Below are positions 39,916 through 53,538 of a stretch of DNA of 64,000 bases, in pieces (positions within the stretch are counted from its first letter, which is position 1; each line of letters starts with the position of its first letter). The position numbers and the translations under genes are program-made. Source of the DNA: Saccostrea echinata (lineage: Eukaryota); NCBI RefSeq assembly GCF_033153115.1, contig NW_026889750.1:43958001-44022000 (forward strand). Direction: 5' to 3'. The notes beneath the pieces were generated by a model. That model ran no database searches. It was not told where the DNA came from and was given only the letters and a program-made list of their open reading frames with translations.

Positions 39916-40888
39916 TTTGACGAACCCTCTCTCTACTTCTTGCGCATTAAAATAGTTCTGAAATACGCTTCATACAAAATTATTATTCCATCTTTTTTAA
40001 TACTCGGTGATATGAACATTTTATTATAAAAGATTTATTCAATTTCCCCTTTATCTGGAAGTAATTCGTGTATTTACCTTAATTTTTACACTAACCTTAA
40101 ATTAGTACGCGATGTGATTCGTCGTGTTATGGTTTACACGTTGCTAAGAACAGCAGGTGGTTGGAGTTATCGCCCTTAAGCTTCCAGGGCGGAAAATTCA
40201 AAGAACGTTTACTGTTTAAGCCCAGTCATTTTTCATGAGACATCAAACTAATTGCATCATAATTTCTTTTGTAATAAATAAATAAACTTTTGAATGCACA
40301 AATTAAATGAATTAAAAAAAACTAACAAAATCGGATGAGGGAAAGCATTATTTGGGGTTAATAAAGAATCTGGGGGGATAAGACGAGCCATGTGCCCATG
40401 CCCATTTTTCGGCTATGCAAGAACATTTAGTGGAAAAAATCTCTCAATTGTTCGAATTTACTTAAGCATATTAATGTTTTCCGTAGTTTTCAAAATGATA
40501 TTTATATTCTAAACAAGCTAAACAGTTGACTTTCATTTACTGTCACAAATGTCTAACATGGGTAAGGACTTCTATTAATTAATCTGCATATTGAGTGTTT
40601 ACACTTATTGTGGAGATATTATAAAAATGTTAACATCGTATATAATGATAATGGTGATCTAGAAGTGCTTTTATTTAAAATAAATAAAACGGGAATAAAA
40701 GTATTCAAATATCTATTATAATTTTTATCCGGCATTTTAAATAATTTACTGTAAATAAGTTCATTACTACATGTATAAATTTTATTTCCAGTGAAAAATA
40801 TGTTATTCCTATAGACATTTTTTATAAAGTAAAACAAAATTAAACTAAAAAAATCAACAACAAAAAACAAAACAAAAAAAAAAATCAG

Positions 40889-40955
40889 TGCATGACTCGA
40901 ACACTTTCCTCAATAAACGTCCCTTTAAAGAGCTCATCGCTAACCACTAGACCAC
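40889..40955 (-). mobile_element. tRNA-like SINE head fragment
   Basis: Minus strand TGGTCTAGTGGTTAG (A-box-like) followed by GTTCGAGTC (B-box-like). No intact cloverleaf. Confidence 0.35.
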
Positions 40956-41671
40956 GGAGTCACACTAACATTTCCATTTAAATAGCATACAGTTCTCTAT
41001 ATTTAGCAAGCGTTTTTGGACTTAGAATTTTTAAGACCACGGTGAAAATTTAAGTAAGGTAACTTAATTTTTTATGTTGAGTGGGTCTTCATACCAAATT
41101 TTTGCAAGTGTAAAAAGCAACATCTTTCCATTGCCTTTCATTAATCGTTCTCAAAAAAATGGTACGATGATCCACTCTATTTAAAAAATGTAGTTATATC
41201 ATCCAATTTATGTCAGTTTCTGTGAAAATTGAGCGTGATGCCATTTTGTTGTATTACCGGTAATCAGAATCATTTTCGCTGTTACAGTTTTCAGGTTTTG
41301 TCAAATTTATATGCAAATGGTAATAAGCATTACATTAATTCAACAAAAAGTGAAATTTTTGTGAAATGAATTTATTGATTTTTTATCGATCGTTATGTAG
41401 GCATATGGCTCGGCTTATCCCCCCAGTTCTTTTCTATGAAAATTACAATAGGAAAGGGGCATAAATCTTGTCAATTTTTTGTACATTTTGGTTAAAATTG
41501 GGTACATTTTCTACCTTGATGAAAAAGGAGGTGACTTCAATTGTGTATAATGACATTTATGGGTGCAGTAAAACCTTTTATATCTAAGAAAAAAATTTAA
41601 AATCTGGTTCCTGTGTACCAAAGATTTGAGAATGTAGTGATTTGGGCTATTTCGACCAAGTAATTGTAAGT

Positions 41672-41742
41672 CTGTGTAGCTCAATGGTGATGGCACCTGA
41701 CTAATAATACAAGGGTGATGGTTTAGATTCCCTGTCCAGCCA
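41672..41742 (+). mobile_element. tRNA-derived repeat fragment
   Basis: GTAGCTCAATGGT...GCACCTGACTA...GGTTTAGATTCCC has degenerate A and B boxes. A HINE 3' end (AACAAGAGGCCGATGGGCCACATTGCTCACCTGAG) follows at 41770. Confidence 0.4.
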
Positions 41743-42494
41743 CAAGTGCTTTGCACTCGTGAAATATTTAACAAGAGGCCGATGGGCCACATTGCTCACC
41801 TGAGCACTGTGGCTAGGAAAAAAGCAAAAATAAGTTTAGTATTGAGTAGCTTTAATGCATAAGTGGTCCCGACCTACCTTTGAGCATAGTAAAGTCTATT
41901 GTAGTGTTTCTACAATTTGCTTTGAAGTGCACAAAAAAATTCTATACAATCCTACAGTATATGTAACTGTATTTTGAGATGATCTCTAAAAATACCCAGT
42001 AGATTTTCCTGATACCCCGGTACTTGCATGTACACTGGAGTCAGTGTAGGCTATACATGACATAAAAGTAAAGAGTTTCTCTATTGCATTTTTCACACAC
42101 ACACACACAAAACCCAGTAGGCTCCCTTAAATGAATTAGGCTTGTACCCTTGGTCACCAGTATCACCGTTGTGGCCTGAGTTTACAACTGAAAGATCAGA
42201 AAATAAACTGCATCCACAAGATTGTTTAAGGGATACACATACATACAGGCAAGTTAATGCATGCGAACCACTTTCGGGCTTTTGGCTAATTACACTGACA
42301 CTACGCCGAGGTTTTCTTTGGACACAGACACTGGAATTTTTCCCCCTCAATTTTGATCTCTCTATATCTCAGGGGTTGGGCAGGTACAGGTCATAATTTT
42401 CAAATCCTTCTTTTTCATAAATACATCATTACATTGTATCATAAAAGACACCAAATAAATCATTGTTCTTGTGCAATAGTAAGTTAATCAAAGC

Positions 42495-42496
<2 letters not shown>

Positions 42497-42552
<56 letters not shown>
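42497..42552. repeat. (TA)n microsatellite
   Basis: About 28 TA units. Confidence 0.98.
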
Positions 42553-42554
<2 letters not shown>

Positions 42555-43360
42555 ACAGTTTTGAATATTTGTAAATGCAACACAATGGAATCTTAGTAAG
42601 GAATTTTAAGCATGTGTCACCAGAAAATATTACAATTTAATTTTTTTTTTACAGTACATTGTTTATTAACAAAATTCTTATGAACAAAAGAAGAATTCTT
42701 TAAGAAAATGTTCCATGTCTTAAAACTCATATTTAAAAAAATACATGTTTTAACACCAATAAGCAATGTTACTGACTTGCTAACATACCAGTTCAGTTGT
42801 AAGCTAAGAATATTTACAACAGTAATATCCTAAATCTGGACTTTGAGAAATATACTAAAGAAGAACCAAAAAATAATGATCCAGAATATTTTACAAATTA
42901 TGCTAACAAATTCATTTTACCAATTAAACAGTTGAAAATCATTTTACAGGATAGTTAATACTTGTTCATGGAGAGCTTTTAAAAATAATAGTCCTTATCT
43001 CTGTTCTGATCTCACTTCATTAATTATAGTGTGGTTTGCATTGCCATTGTCAAAAAGTAAACTTGATGACCTCTTCCTTTTCACTTCAACTTTTTCTAAT
43101 GTTTATGAAAATGACAGGTACTAACACCTCATTTAAACACCCCGTTCTCACTGATATGTTTTTACAGTTACATCCCTTTACTATGATCATCCTGTGCTAG
43201 AAGGAGTCCAGTTAGTCTTATTTCACAGTTTTCTGAGTTATGTCCCTTTACTATGATCATCCTGTGCTAGGTGGAGGCCAGTTAGTCTTATTTCACAAAT
43301 TTCCTTTACTTTGATCATCATGTACAAGGTGGAGACCTTTCAGTTAGTCTTATCTCACAG

Positions 43361-46300
43361 TTATGTCCCTTTATTATCGGCCTGTGCTGAATGATCTGTG
43401 CTCTTCAGTTGCTGCTGAGTATTTTCGTTACCATAGTTTTCAATGGACTTGGAGTAGGAAGACATAGACTCCATAGAGGTTGGTGTATATGGGGACATGT
43501 TTGGATCCCTGCCTGGTTGGTATGGCAACATGTTTGGATCCCTGCCTGGTGGGTATGGTGACATTTTTGGATCCCTGCTTGCCATCTGCTGCATCATGTG
43601 CATTTGCTGCATGTATGCTGCCATCATATAGGAATTCTGCATCAGGTTCATGCTGTGTCCATGCTGCTGCTGTTGAGCCATATGCTGCATCATTGCCATC
43701 TGTTGTAGGTATATGTGCTGTAGAACATCTGGAGGAAGATTGGGGTACCTGTCCTGAGGAGGTAGATCTGGTGTAGTCTGGTGCATACCAGTTGAGCCGG
43801 CTGAGCTGTTTCTGGACCGGTTCTGTCCTGATCCAGTTTTGTGCTGGCTCTGTGGTGTGATTGTATTTGAACCGATTAAGCTTGGTGGGGTGGATCTATC
43901 AGATTTGTAGGGTGTGGTTCTGCCATGTGAGGTGTCCTCCTGATCCGGACCTGGGCTAAAGAGCTGACCACCTCCAGAAGCAGTTGGTAGGGTTCCTTTT
44001 GATGGGGTTTCTCTCATATGGATTTTCTCATGCCTAAAAGTAATACAAAAAAGGTTATTTTAAGCAGTGATGATTTTTCTATGAGAACAGTAAAAGTTCA
44101 TCTTTTAGCTCAGTAATTATAACTAACTTAAGATTAGCCAATTGGATTTATTAATACATAATAATTTTAGTTCAAATTATATTTTCTACACAACATTAAT
44201 TTAAATACTGACCTATTAAGACTATTTTTCTGACTGAATTTCCTATCACACCATGCACAGGTGTATGGTTTTTCACCTGTATGTGTCCTCATGTGCTTTG
44301 TCAGGTTAAAATTGTGAACGAAGGTGCGGTCACAGACATTGCACTTGAATGGTCTCTCAGTGAGGTGAGTTCGGCAGTGTGATCCCAGGTAGGACTTGAC
44401 AGGAAACCTCCTCTGGCAGACTCCACACTGGAAAGGTTTCTCCTGGGGGTGAACTTGAGACTGATGAGCCCCGAGACTGATTCTGTCAGGGAAGTGGTTG
44501 TGGCAGACATTGCACATGTATGGATTATGGGGAGGGTGAACAGGGGTGTGAGCTCTGTAACTGTCTTCCTCTGTGAACATGGTGTTACAATAGTTACAGC
44601 AGAAGGCCCATTCCTTGTAGTGAGATGACAGGTGCCTGTTCATGGTTACTGGATCAGTGAAGACCTTGGAGCAGTACTCACAGGTCAAGGTCAATGAGGG
44701 GGAATCTGCTCTACTGCTCAGGTCAGAGGCATGGTCAGGGAAGTCACTCTTGTCAGTCAAGCTAGAGTTCTCATCTGGGAAGTCCTCTTGGCTTGTTTCC
44801 ATGGCAATATTTGAGTCCAGGTTTGGTGACTTCAGAGGTGTAACCCCTTCTTCACTATCTAGGGATCCTAATTCCTCTTTCTTTACTGTCTTTGTGAAGT
44901 CTTTTTCTGTACATTTGTTCAATTCTGACATTTCTTGATCTTTTGACAGTGTTTGATCTACAACAACAGTTCCATGTGAAGTTTCTGAACGTTTTGATCT
45001 ACAAGATAAATCCAGTCCCACACTCCCTGGACTTGTCTGAGGTTGGGAATTATGATGGATTGGCATAGCACTGTTCACAAGTGGCATGGTACTGATGCAG
45101 GGTACTGTTGATTGAATCCTCTCTTGGTGGATCCCTAGAACCTTGGCCTTGACCCTGGGGGAGTATTTCTTCTTGGACAGATTGAGTGGCTCATTTTCCT
45201 TGTCACTGTCATAGTACTCATGTGGTTCTTCAGTCTGAATGGCTTCCAACTTCAAACGTTTCCTTGGAGGAGGTTGTGTGGCATCTTTCCTCGATTTGGA
45301 TAGATCTAAAGCATTTTCTGAACTGCTCTGTGAAGAGGAATGTTCCATCATGTGTAAGTCAAGCATCACTGGATTGTAGAATTTTTCACCACAAATGGAA
45401 CAGAAGAGTGACCCAGATCCCTCTGTTTTAGAAATTTTAGTTTCAGACATAGTGTTCCCTGATTTCTTCATGGTTTGCAAATGCTCTGACATATGCTCAG
45501 TGAGTAAAGTGAGATCAGGGAAACTTTGTCCACAGACTCGGCAGATGTATCCCTTGGTGTCTGATGTCTGGGAGTGGACCTGTCGAGTGTGCTTCAGAAG
45601 ATCATAAACATCATGGAACTTAAGACCACACAAATCACATGTCTGTATTGGCATTCCCTCTTTTGACTGTAGGTGACGGTAGTAGTTTCCTGGGTTCTTA
45701 AAAGCTTTACGACAGACTTCACACTGAGTCTCCATGGACCTTCTAGTCCGTTTAGCCCGAGATTTCTGATCAGGATTTGGTTTGATGACTGTCTCCATCT
45801 CTATATTTCCTGGATTATTTTGAGCAGAGTCTGTATGGCTAAGCTGTTCCTTTGTTTGACTGTTTAGAACATCAGGAGCTGAGTTCTCTTTTGTTGTTTC
45901 TTTGTGAGTTTTCTGATGTTTCTGGAGCTCTTTGCTGTTGGTGAAGGACTGGTCACACTGGTTACAGCTGAGGAGCTGATGAGAAGCCAGGTGCTTCTGT
46001 AGGGTCCATCTATCAAGACACACCTTGTTACAGACAGAGCACTCCAACTCAGTCTCATTAGTATGCAAACTCATATGACGATTCAGGCTGTTCTTATGAG
46101 TGAACTTAAGCTCACACAAAACACAGGTGTAAGGCTTCTCACCTGTGTGTGTTCTCAGATGTTTCTTCAGGTTAAATGAGTAGTGGAATTCTTTACCACA
46201 GAACTGGCAGGAAAATTCTTTCTTGTCTTGGTGAATTTTCACATGACGCTGAAGCTCAGATTTCTCCTCAAAAGATTTGAAGCAAACTCGACACTTGTAA

Positions 46301-47592
46301 ACTTTAGGCATTTCTAAATGTGCTTGAACATGAGCTTTGAATTCCATCTCATACAAATACATTTTCTCACAGATTTTACATTTAAGTCCCAGCAGTGGTG
46401 AACTCATCTGAGCATGTTTTGCCATGTGCATTGTATATGAGTTCATGTTCATAAACCAATTGTTACACATTGCACAATGAACATCTGTTGTCATCAGAGG
46501 TTGAACTGGTTCTCCTTCCTGAACTTGACTGGTATCCATCTCATCCTCCATTTTGCTAAGGTCACTTTGGTCACACGTCTCATTCATGTCCTCAATTTCT
46601 TCATCATCACCCTCAGGACAAACATTCCATTCAACTCTGGGAGACTTTTCTCTCTGCTGTAGCTTAGAATTCAGTCTGGACATTTCTTGTGAATAAAAGT
46701 CTGCAGGTATAGGCTTCATTTGCCTATTCTCAGCCACAAATGATTGCTCCTCTCTTTTTGAAAAAGAATTCTGTGAACTTCCAGCATCTTCTCGCTGTAC
46801 ACATCTGTTTTCTGACAAAGATGGGGCTTTTTCCTCAGTAGCTTTCAGCACAGTTGATTCAACATTGCAGATAGAACTTGGTTGAAGAGGTTTTGAGTTT
46901 TCTTTGGACACAAATGTAGTACCATTAACAGGCAAGCCTAACTGTTTCAGTGATTTGTCATTCCTATTTATTTTGGCATTAGAAACTGTATTGTCATCAG
47001 CATTCTCTTTCTTTAAGTCATTCCCCCTACAGGACGGAGATACATAAGCGTTAACAGCCAGCTGGGCCAATCTGTGGTCCACTTTCTGGGGAGTGTATTT
47101 ACTTTTATTTATATCATTCTTCCCACCTAGTGACATAGGCCTAATGTTTTTCTTTGGAGTGAACTTGTCCGTTTGATCAGGCTGGTGTGAAAACTGAGTG
47201 ACGTCCACTTCTCTCTTTCTGAGTCCTCTCTCACACATTTCATTGACCTCTTCTCCTTCAGTCTTCTCTCTGTTGACCACCTCACTCTGGTTGGAGTCTG
47301 TCACATTCATTGTCCCCTCAGACTTACTTTTGACACACACAGAAATCTCCGACTGCTGAGTATCTGCTCTGTTCGAGCGTTCCAGGATCTGAGATGATTC
47401 AGGGATAATTTTGAGTGGGTCACTCATTCGGGAATCTTCAGTCTTGTCTCCCAATGTGTCCAGAAGCCTTGAGTTATCGGCTCTGCATCTCGAGGTATCT
47501 GAGAGCTGTGAGTCATCTGTACAGTGAGATAGATCCACTACCAATGCTCCCTCTGATGTGTCGAGCACAGAACTATTCCCTGTGTCATCCAT
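43361..47592 (-). CDS. C2H2 zinc-finger protein (~17 fingers, ~1350 aa) with PxDLS-like motifs and Q/M/P-rich tail
   Basis: Exon 47592-44213 (acceptor at 47594, donor AG|GTCAGT) joined to exon 44033-43361 completes the last finger KNSLNR|HEKIH. TGEKPY linkers are present; 4053 nt in frame. Upstream exons are probably non-coding. Confidence 0.9.
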
Positions 47593-48169
47593 CCCTACAA
47601 GTAGAAAATCAGTGTTGAAAAATTCTTTTTTCTAAACATTTTTCTTTTTTTTTTTAAGATGAAGAATACCTTACACAATTTCAAGTTTTTTTTTGTTTGT
47701 TTGCTTGTTTGTACAGTAAAACTCGGATATAAGGAAGTCACTGGGACAACTTATCTCAATATATGATAAGTAATATGTGAGGTTCAATTTGATATGAGAT
47801 TCCGGCGATCTTTGGCTTTATACCATTTTTGGATCATCTTTAAAAGGAACTTGCTAAAATAAGTCATTAGAGGGAGTATGCATAAAGCCACAGTAAATTA
47901 ATTCTTTGTTTTCTGTCTCCTAGTGGGTAGGTTTTCAGTCAAATTCTCAACATTTTTTCTCTGTATTTTTTGGAAATATTGCAAATCCATTCAAAACAGT
48001 AGTTTTTGGAATGTGTTTTGTTTTTTATCCAGACTAGAGGATTCCTTTCCAAAGAATTAAGGGATTCAAAACAAGATATTATTTACCACAGCCAAGGATG
48101 ATTTTTCTCTCCCTGTGTGGGTGAATCTATGAGTGTTGGGGGAGGGGGCACCCTGGAACCCCCCTTTCA

Positions 48170-48960
48170 AACATAGGTTATCAGAGATAACAGAGATCAC
48201 CTCAATGAATGTTGTCTTTTAGCAAGGCAAAGTCCTTAACTAAACTCATAATCTAGTAGTGTGCATCCCTAGATGCAACATTTATGCAATTTTGGTCTGA
48301 TAGGGCTTGCAGTTACTTGGGAAGGAACTTTTCTAAAAACTTTGACCTGGTCACCTATCCGGAAAATGTAGGTCAGATCCAGCATCCAAAGCAAGCCTGG
48401 TAATGTACATCCTTAGGTTATCATTCATGAAAGTTTGGTCAATATAGGGCTTATAGTTACTTGGAAATAAGATCTGCTCCAAAAACTGAATCCTGGTCAC
48501 TCATTCAGAAATTGCAGGTCAGATCCAGCATCCAAAACACATCCAGTAGTGTGCATCCTTAGATGTATCATCCGTGCAAGTTTGGTCAATGTAGGACTTA
48601 CATTTACTTGGAAATGAGATCTGCTCCAAAAACTTTAACCTGGTCACTCATTTGGAATATGTAGGTCAGATTCAGCATCCAAAGCAAGTCCAGTAGTGTG
48701 CATCCTTAGACATGTTAGATGTACCATCCATGCAAGTTTGGTCAACATAGGACTTATAGTTACTTGGAAATGAGATCTCCTTCAAAAACTTTAACCTGGT
48801 CACTCATCCGGAAAATGGGTATAGCATTTGGAAGTTTGGTATATCACATATTTTCCCTTGGGAATTTCTGCAAGGGGAATCTTTGTTAAAGAATACTGGT
48901 AGTGTGCATCTCTAGATGCTTTATCAATGCTAGTTTGTTTATCCAGGTATTGCTCATGTT
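48170..48960 (-). mobile_element. HINE-like element, same family as 8104/21988, inverted
   Basis: Reverse-complement units CTCCAAAAACTTTAACCTGGTCACTCAT..GTAGGTCAGATCCAGCATCCAAAGCAAG..ATCCCTAGATGCA, about 4-5 copies. Confidence 0.8.
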
Positions 48961-50786
48961 ACATTGGAATGGACTGTAACCCTGGGATACTCAGGTGTGG
49001 ATCCAGGAATTTTTTCTTGGGGGTGGGGGTAAGGGATCCACCACAGTCAAAAAATTTCCAACCCAGAAATTTCTTGACAAGCAAAAAAAAAGAAAAAAAG
49101 AAAAAAACATGACACATGACACTGACGACAGAGGTATAGTGTAAAAGTTCATCTTGACTGTCAAAGTGAGAATGTGCGCACAGTGTGAGATTGAACATCA
49201 TTTAGAAAGTATTGTTAATCCAGATTTTTCTATGGGCATTAAGAGGACAGTTAAACTTGCATGGTTACAAAAACCATGTATTCACGCTTACATCAAAGTG
49301 ATATAGCACAGTCAGTACAGTAAAACATTGATAACATAATTAAACCATGCTTATTATATATTCACAATCACGGTGAAGTGATTTTAATGCAGCTTATTTA
49401 TGCCCTTTAGTTTTAAATCATATTTTGAACTTTATTATTGGATACAATGAATTACTTTCATAATGAATCAAAATTCCTCAACCCAAGCAGACACTTCGCT
49501 ATATGCATTATATGCGTGTTTTGTATATATTGATTTTAAAATGTTTCTATTATAACTTCAACAGTTTTTCAATAAGCAAAGAGATGACACAGATATTAAT
49601 GTATAGTACAGAAATACAATGCAGTGTTCTGTGCTTGTTCAAAGAATTGTAGAACCAGCTGGTTGGTCAATGCAAGTTTTCCATTGTCCTGCTGACAATT
49701 GATTTGAAGCACGTACATTCAACTGAGCAATTAAAACAAGCTGTTTGGGAAGAGGAATATTTTTTGTTTTTCAAAATAATTGCTCAAAGACTTACTGATG
49801 CCAAACAAAAACAATTAAACAAAAATATACCTTTTTTCTCAAAAGAAGTAACTTGTTAATTACATCAAGGGAAATACTTATTAATCCATATTTGGATACA
49901 TACAATGTGTGCAATAAAAAAGGGTCATTGCTTTGATTTAAATGTACATATATATATAGTTTGATTTGGACATCTGCTCAAGTTTTTTTTTTTTTAGGGG
50001 GGGGGGGGGGTTATCTCTAAAAGCAAATCAACACATTGGTCTCTTTAGTCTTAATTACTTACCACACTGCTATGCTTGGAGTTTGAATCTCAGTCACTGT
50101 GCTGGGGTTCTCACAGCAAAACAGGTACAACCTTGAAATATAATTTTACATCCTTTAAAAAAAAAGAAGATAATAAACAGAATGTCAGGTGTAAACTCAT
50201 CCAGGCTTCCCTTTTCTCTCAAACACCGAGACTCAATTTAAACTTTATTTGATACATTCATTATTAAATTTTTGCCAAAATATAAGTATCATTTCTTATG
50301 TTATTACCAACAATTTTACACAAAATTAAATCATATCATAAATGCCTTTATAAGCATGATAAGCAAGTTTTCAAGCTATTAAAAAATTAAGGTTCGATAT
50401 ATTAAGCAGAAAGTCAGATTAAAAAAAAAAAGTTAAAGAATTCTCCACCTTGACCATATGTCCGTGTCCAGTGAAGGTCGATGTTTATGTGGATTGAATT
50501 TGTAAAACTGAGTGACAACTCAAACTGGCTTGACAGGTGTAGCAGGTATTCTTCAGGTATATAGAGGGGTGTTATATAATTCACACTGGATTAAAGTCAC
50601 CAGCCTCAAGTCAAACCATGTTTATTATCCACACAACCAATTGTTTATTGGTCTATTGAGGTAAACAATTATCACCATTATAATAGCACTGAGAACCTAT
50701 AGCTACAGGAGTCGGTCCCACAGATTGTTGAGAATTGAACAGCACGACACCTTACGGCAAATCTTTTCTATGAAAATCTTTACAAT

Positions 50787-51430
50787 AAGTAGTAGTATCT
50801 TTATTGGCGTATACATTACATATATTGCCACAGAAGTATAACATTAGTTTTATAATATAAACATTGGTCAACAGGTGTTACACAGGTGCTTTATAACATA
50901 ACTTGAAATATACATATATGAAAGAAGAACTATACAGCAGTATCTCCTATTATTAATCTTGCTTTAGAGTAAAGTTTTCCCTCTTTTTAAAACATTCAAA
51001 CACGTATTTCCCAAGTTTTTTAAGTACATTTTCTGAGTCGGAATTAAGTAATTCAATTAATTTTACCATACTAGGTCTTGCGTAAAAATATTTTTTAATA
51101 TATTTTTCTCTTAACTCAACATAAAACTTGCATATTAAAACAAAATGATATTCGTCTTCTATTTCGTTAGATGTACAAAATACACATTTTCGTTCACTTA
51201 TAAGACATTTTTGCTCATATCTACCAGACTCAATACGTAAACAATGTGAAGATAATCTGAGTCTACTTAATGCTTTTCTATGTTTTTCATAATATATACA
51301 ATTGAGATATTCAGCCTGGTGCATAGTCGGGTTTAGATATTTAAACAATCTTAAAGGATGGGCATTTTCTATCTCTACTTTTAGTTTTTGAAAAAAACAA
51401 TCAGCCTGCCTTTGTTCAAAATTAACATAC
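50787..51430 (-). mobile_element. 3' fragment of a second LINE (CR1/L2-like)
   Basis: ORF 50953-51432 contains LSRLRLSSHCLRIESGRY..CVFC..EDEYHFVLIC, the same C-terminal domain as the 10991 ORF. Tail AATAAAGA(TAC)n on the minus strand. Confidence 0.8.
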
Positions 51431-53538
51431 AAGAACAGATATATGGGTTACCCCATATCCAAGATATTCGACTTTTAATTTATTCGAATTTTCATTATGC
51501 TCAGATGATTTCTAATTTAAAAAAAAAACTATTTACTGATAAAAGGTCAGAGATACTCAAGCTGTAGAATGTCAACTATACAATGGCCATAAATATCCTG
51601 AAATGACATAATATTTAGGCTACTGAGTTTCAACATCTTTTGTTGATTAAAATATGCATGTGTTAAGGAAACTGCATGTACATATATAACGTTACATGCG
51701 TGTAGTGACTTATTATCACAACGTTGCAGATGCCTAAAAAATAGTTTTAATTTCCCATAGAACATAGACTAAATATAATTAACCGTATAATTTTAAAGAT
51801 GTATTTAACAGCTCACTCATTTTCAGGAATATTTTAATCCAGATAGCATGTTACAGGCCTGTAGCAACGTTTTCAAAGTGAAAGAGGGGGGGGGGGCTCC
51901 GAAAAAATCCCGCGTACTATGGGCCTGTGCTACATGTGTACCATCTAACTTTCCAATGATAGAATCTTCTGTAAAAATTCGAAACAAGTCCAAGCAAAGA
52001 TCAAAGATAGCCCAATTTTTTAAATAGCAAAACTATAGAACTATCAAGGATAGATTTTAATTTATTTTTTAATTTTGTGCTATTAAAGTACTATCACTCA
52101 AAGTATAGGCAGATGTTAAAGATGGGTCAACAAGAGTAATCAATGGACTCGTCTAGAGATGCATTGACGGCCGTTGTTAAACGCAAAGTAAAGCGCGAGA
52201 TCGGTTGCGACTGTGGAGCGTCACTGAACATTCCTTCGTCATAGAATAAAATCCGACATTTAACACTTTATATAGACTTTGAATATAGAGACGTTTTGAA
52301 GATAAACTACATTTTTGTTTCTAGAAATGTTTTTATTTACAAAAATAGTATATTTTCGTGTTTATAAACTGAGTAGATCAATGACCTAGCATTGTTTTAG
52401 ATAACTCAGCCCCTCTAGCCCAGTCTAGGGCTTGAGTAAAAAACCTGCACTTGTTATGAAACTGGTGTATAGTTCTTCCTCATGTCCGTAGCAAATACTG
52501 ATACCCATTCTACATGATCTAAGCGTCGCTAGCGAACAGTGCACATACCTGTGCTTGCAAGACCAAATAGACTAGGTTTACACACGTGCGAAGATCCTTT
52601 CCGACGAGCTCGGCAAATCACGTTGCTTTGCCGAGAAGTTACGATTGCAGGTGTTTAACAATAATATCCATTCCGTTATTTAAAAAAAAAAAAAAGAGAA
52701 AAAAAACACACACAGTTAATGATTAACATTCTCACTCAAAAGAAAATATACGGCAATTAACGAACAATAATCATGACAGGTATATAATTGGTGAAAAGAT
52801 TTATCACTATCAATCGAAGGATGACCTATATATTTTCGTGAAAAAGACTGAGGAGGCAGAGAGCGTAGGAATATGAAAACTTTTTATTTCCTTTTCTGGG
52901 GAAAAGTGATTTTCTTAAAATCTTTTTAGGTTAATTTTGTTTTCTTTAACGAATTAAATATACATCATTATTCTTAACATTTGTTGTAATGTTGTATCTA
53001 CTGATCATGAATGGAACTATTTTCTTCGGAGCAATTGTGTGAAGAGTACCTGACTTTAGTAATATATCTTGAATAGATAATATGCACTGATCGAATATAT
53101 TAAAAATACCTTTTCATTTACTGACTCGGGAAAATACCATACATCGCCAAAACCATGTGATAAAAGTGTCTGTTTGACAAAAATGATCCAATTTGTAGAC
53201 ATATTCTTAAAATCATAATTATAAATTGACCTTATAAGACAATTTTCTGATCGAAGGACTTACAATTTGATGAACTGTAAATAATGGATATTGATAATGC
53301 CCAAAACAGACCTCAGGAATACAATTATTAATTTCACTAATTAATGTTCCCACTTCATTTGTATCAATTCCTGAGAGAAGGAAAAAAAAATTAATAGAAA
53401 AATAGCCAATTAAAAGTTTAAATAATCCTTTTTCGTATATTTTCATGTATTTTGTAGATTAAGTTATTATACTGCAGTAAAAGAAACTTGGAGAAAGTGC
53501 GTTCGAAGAAGAATCTCGCGTAAAATCTCACGCTAAAC

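Noticed and set aside
41672-41742. Possible tRNA gene
   Set aside because: Degenerate B box and no acceptor-stem pairing; treated as a tRNA-derived repeat.
43480-47618. Plus-strand ORFs overlapping the zinc-finger gene
   Set aside because: Antisense shadows of a real coding region, with no domain features.
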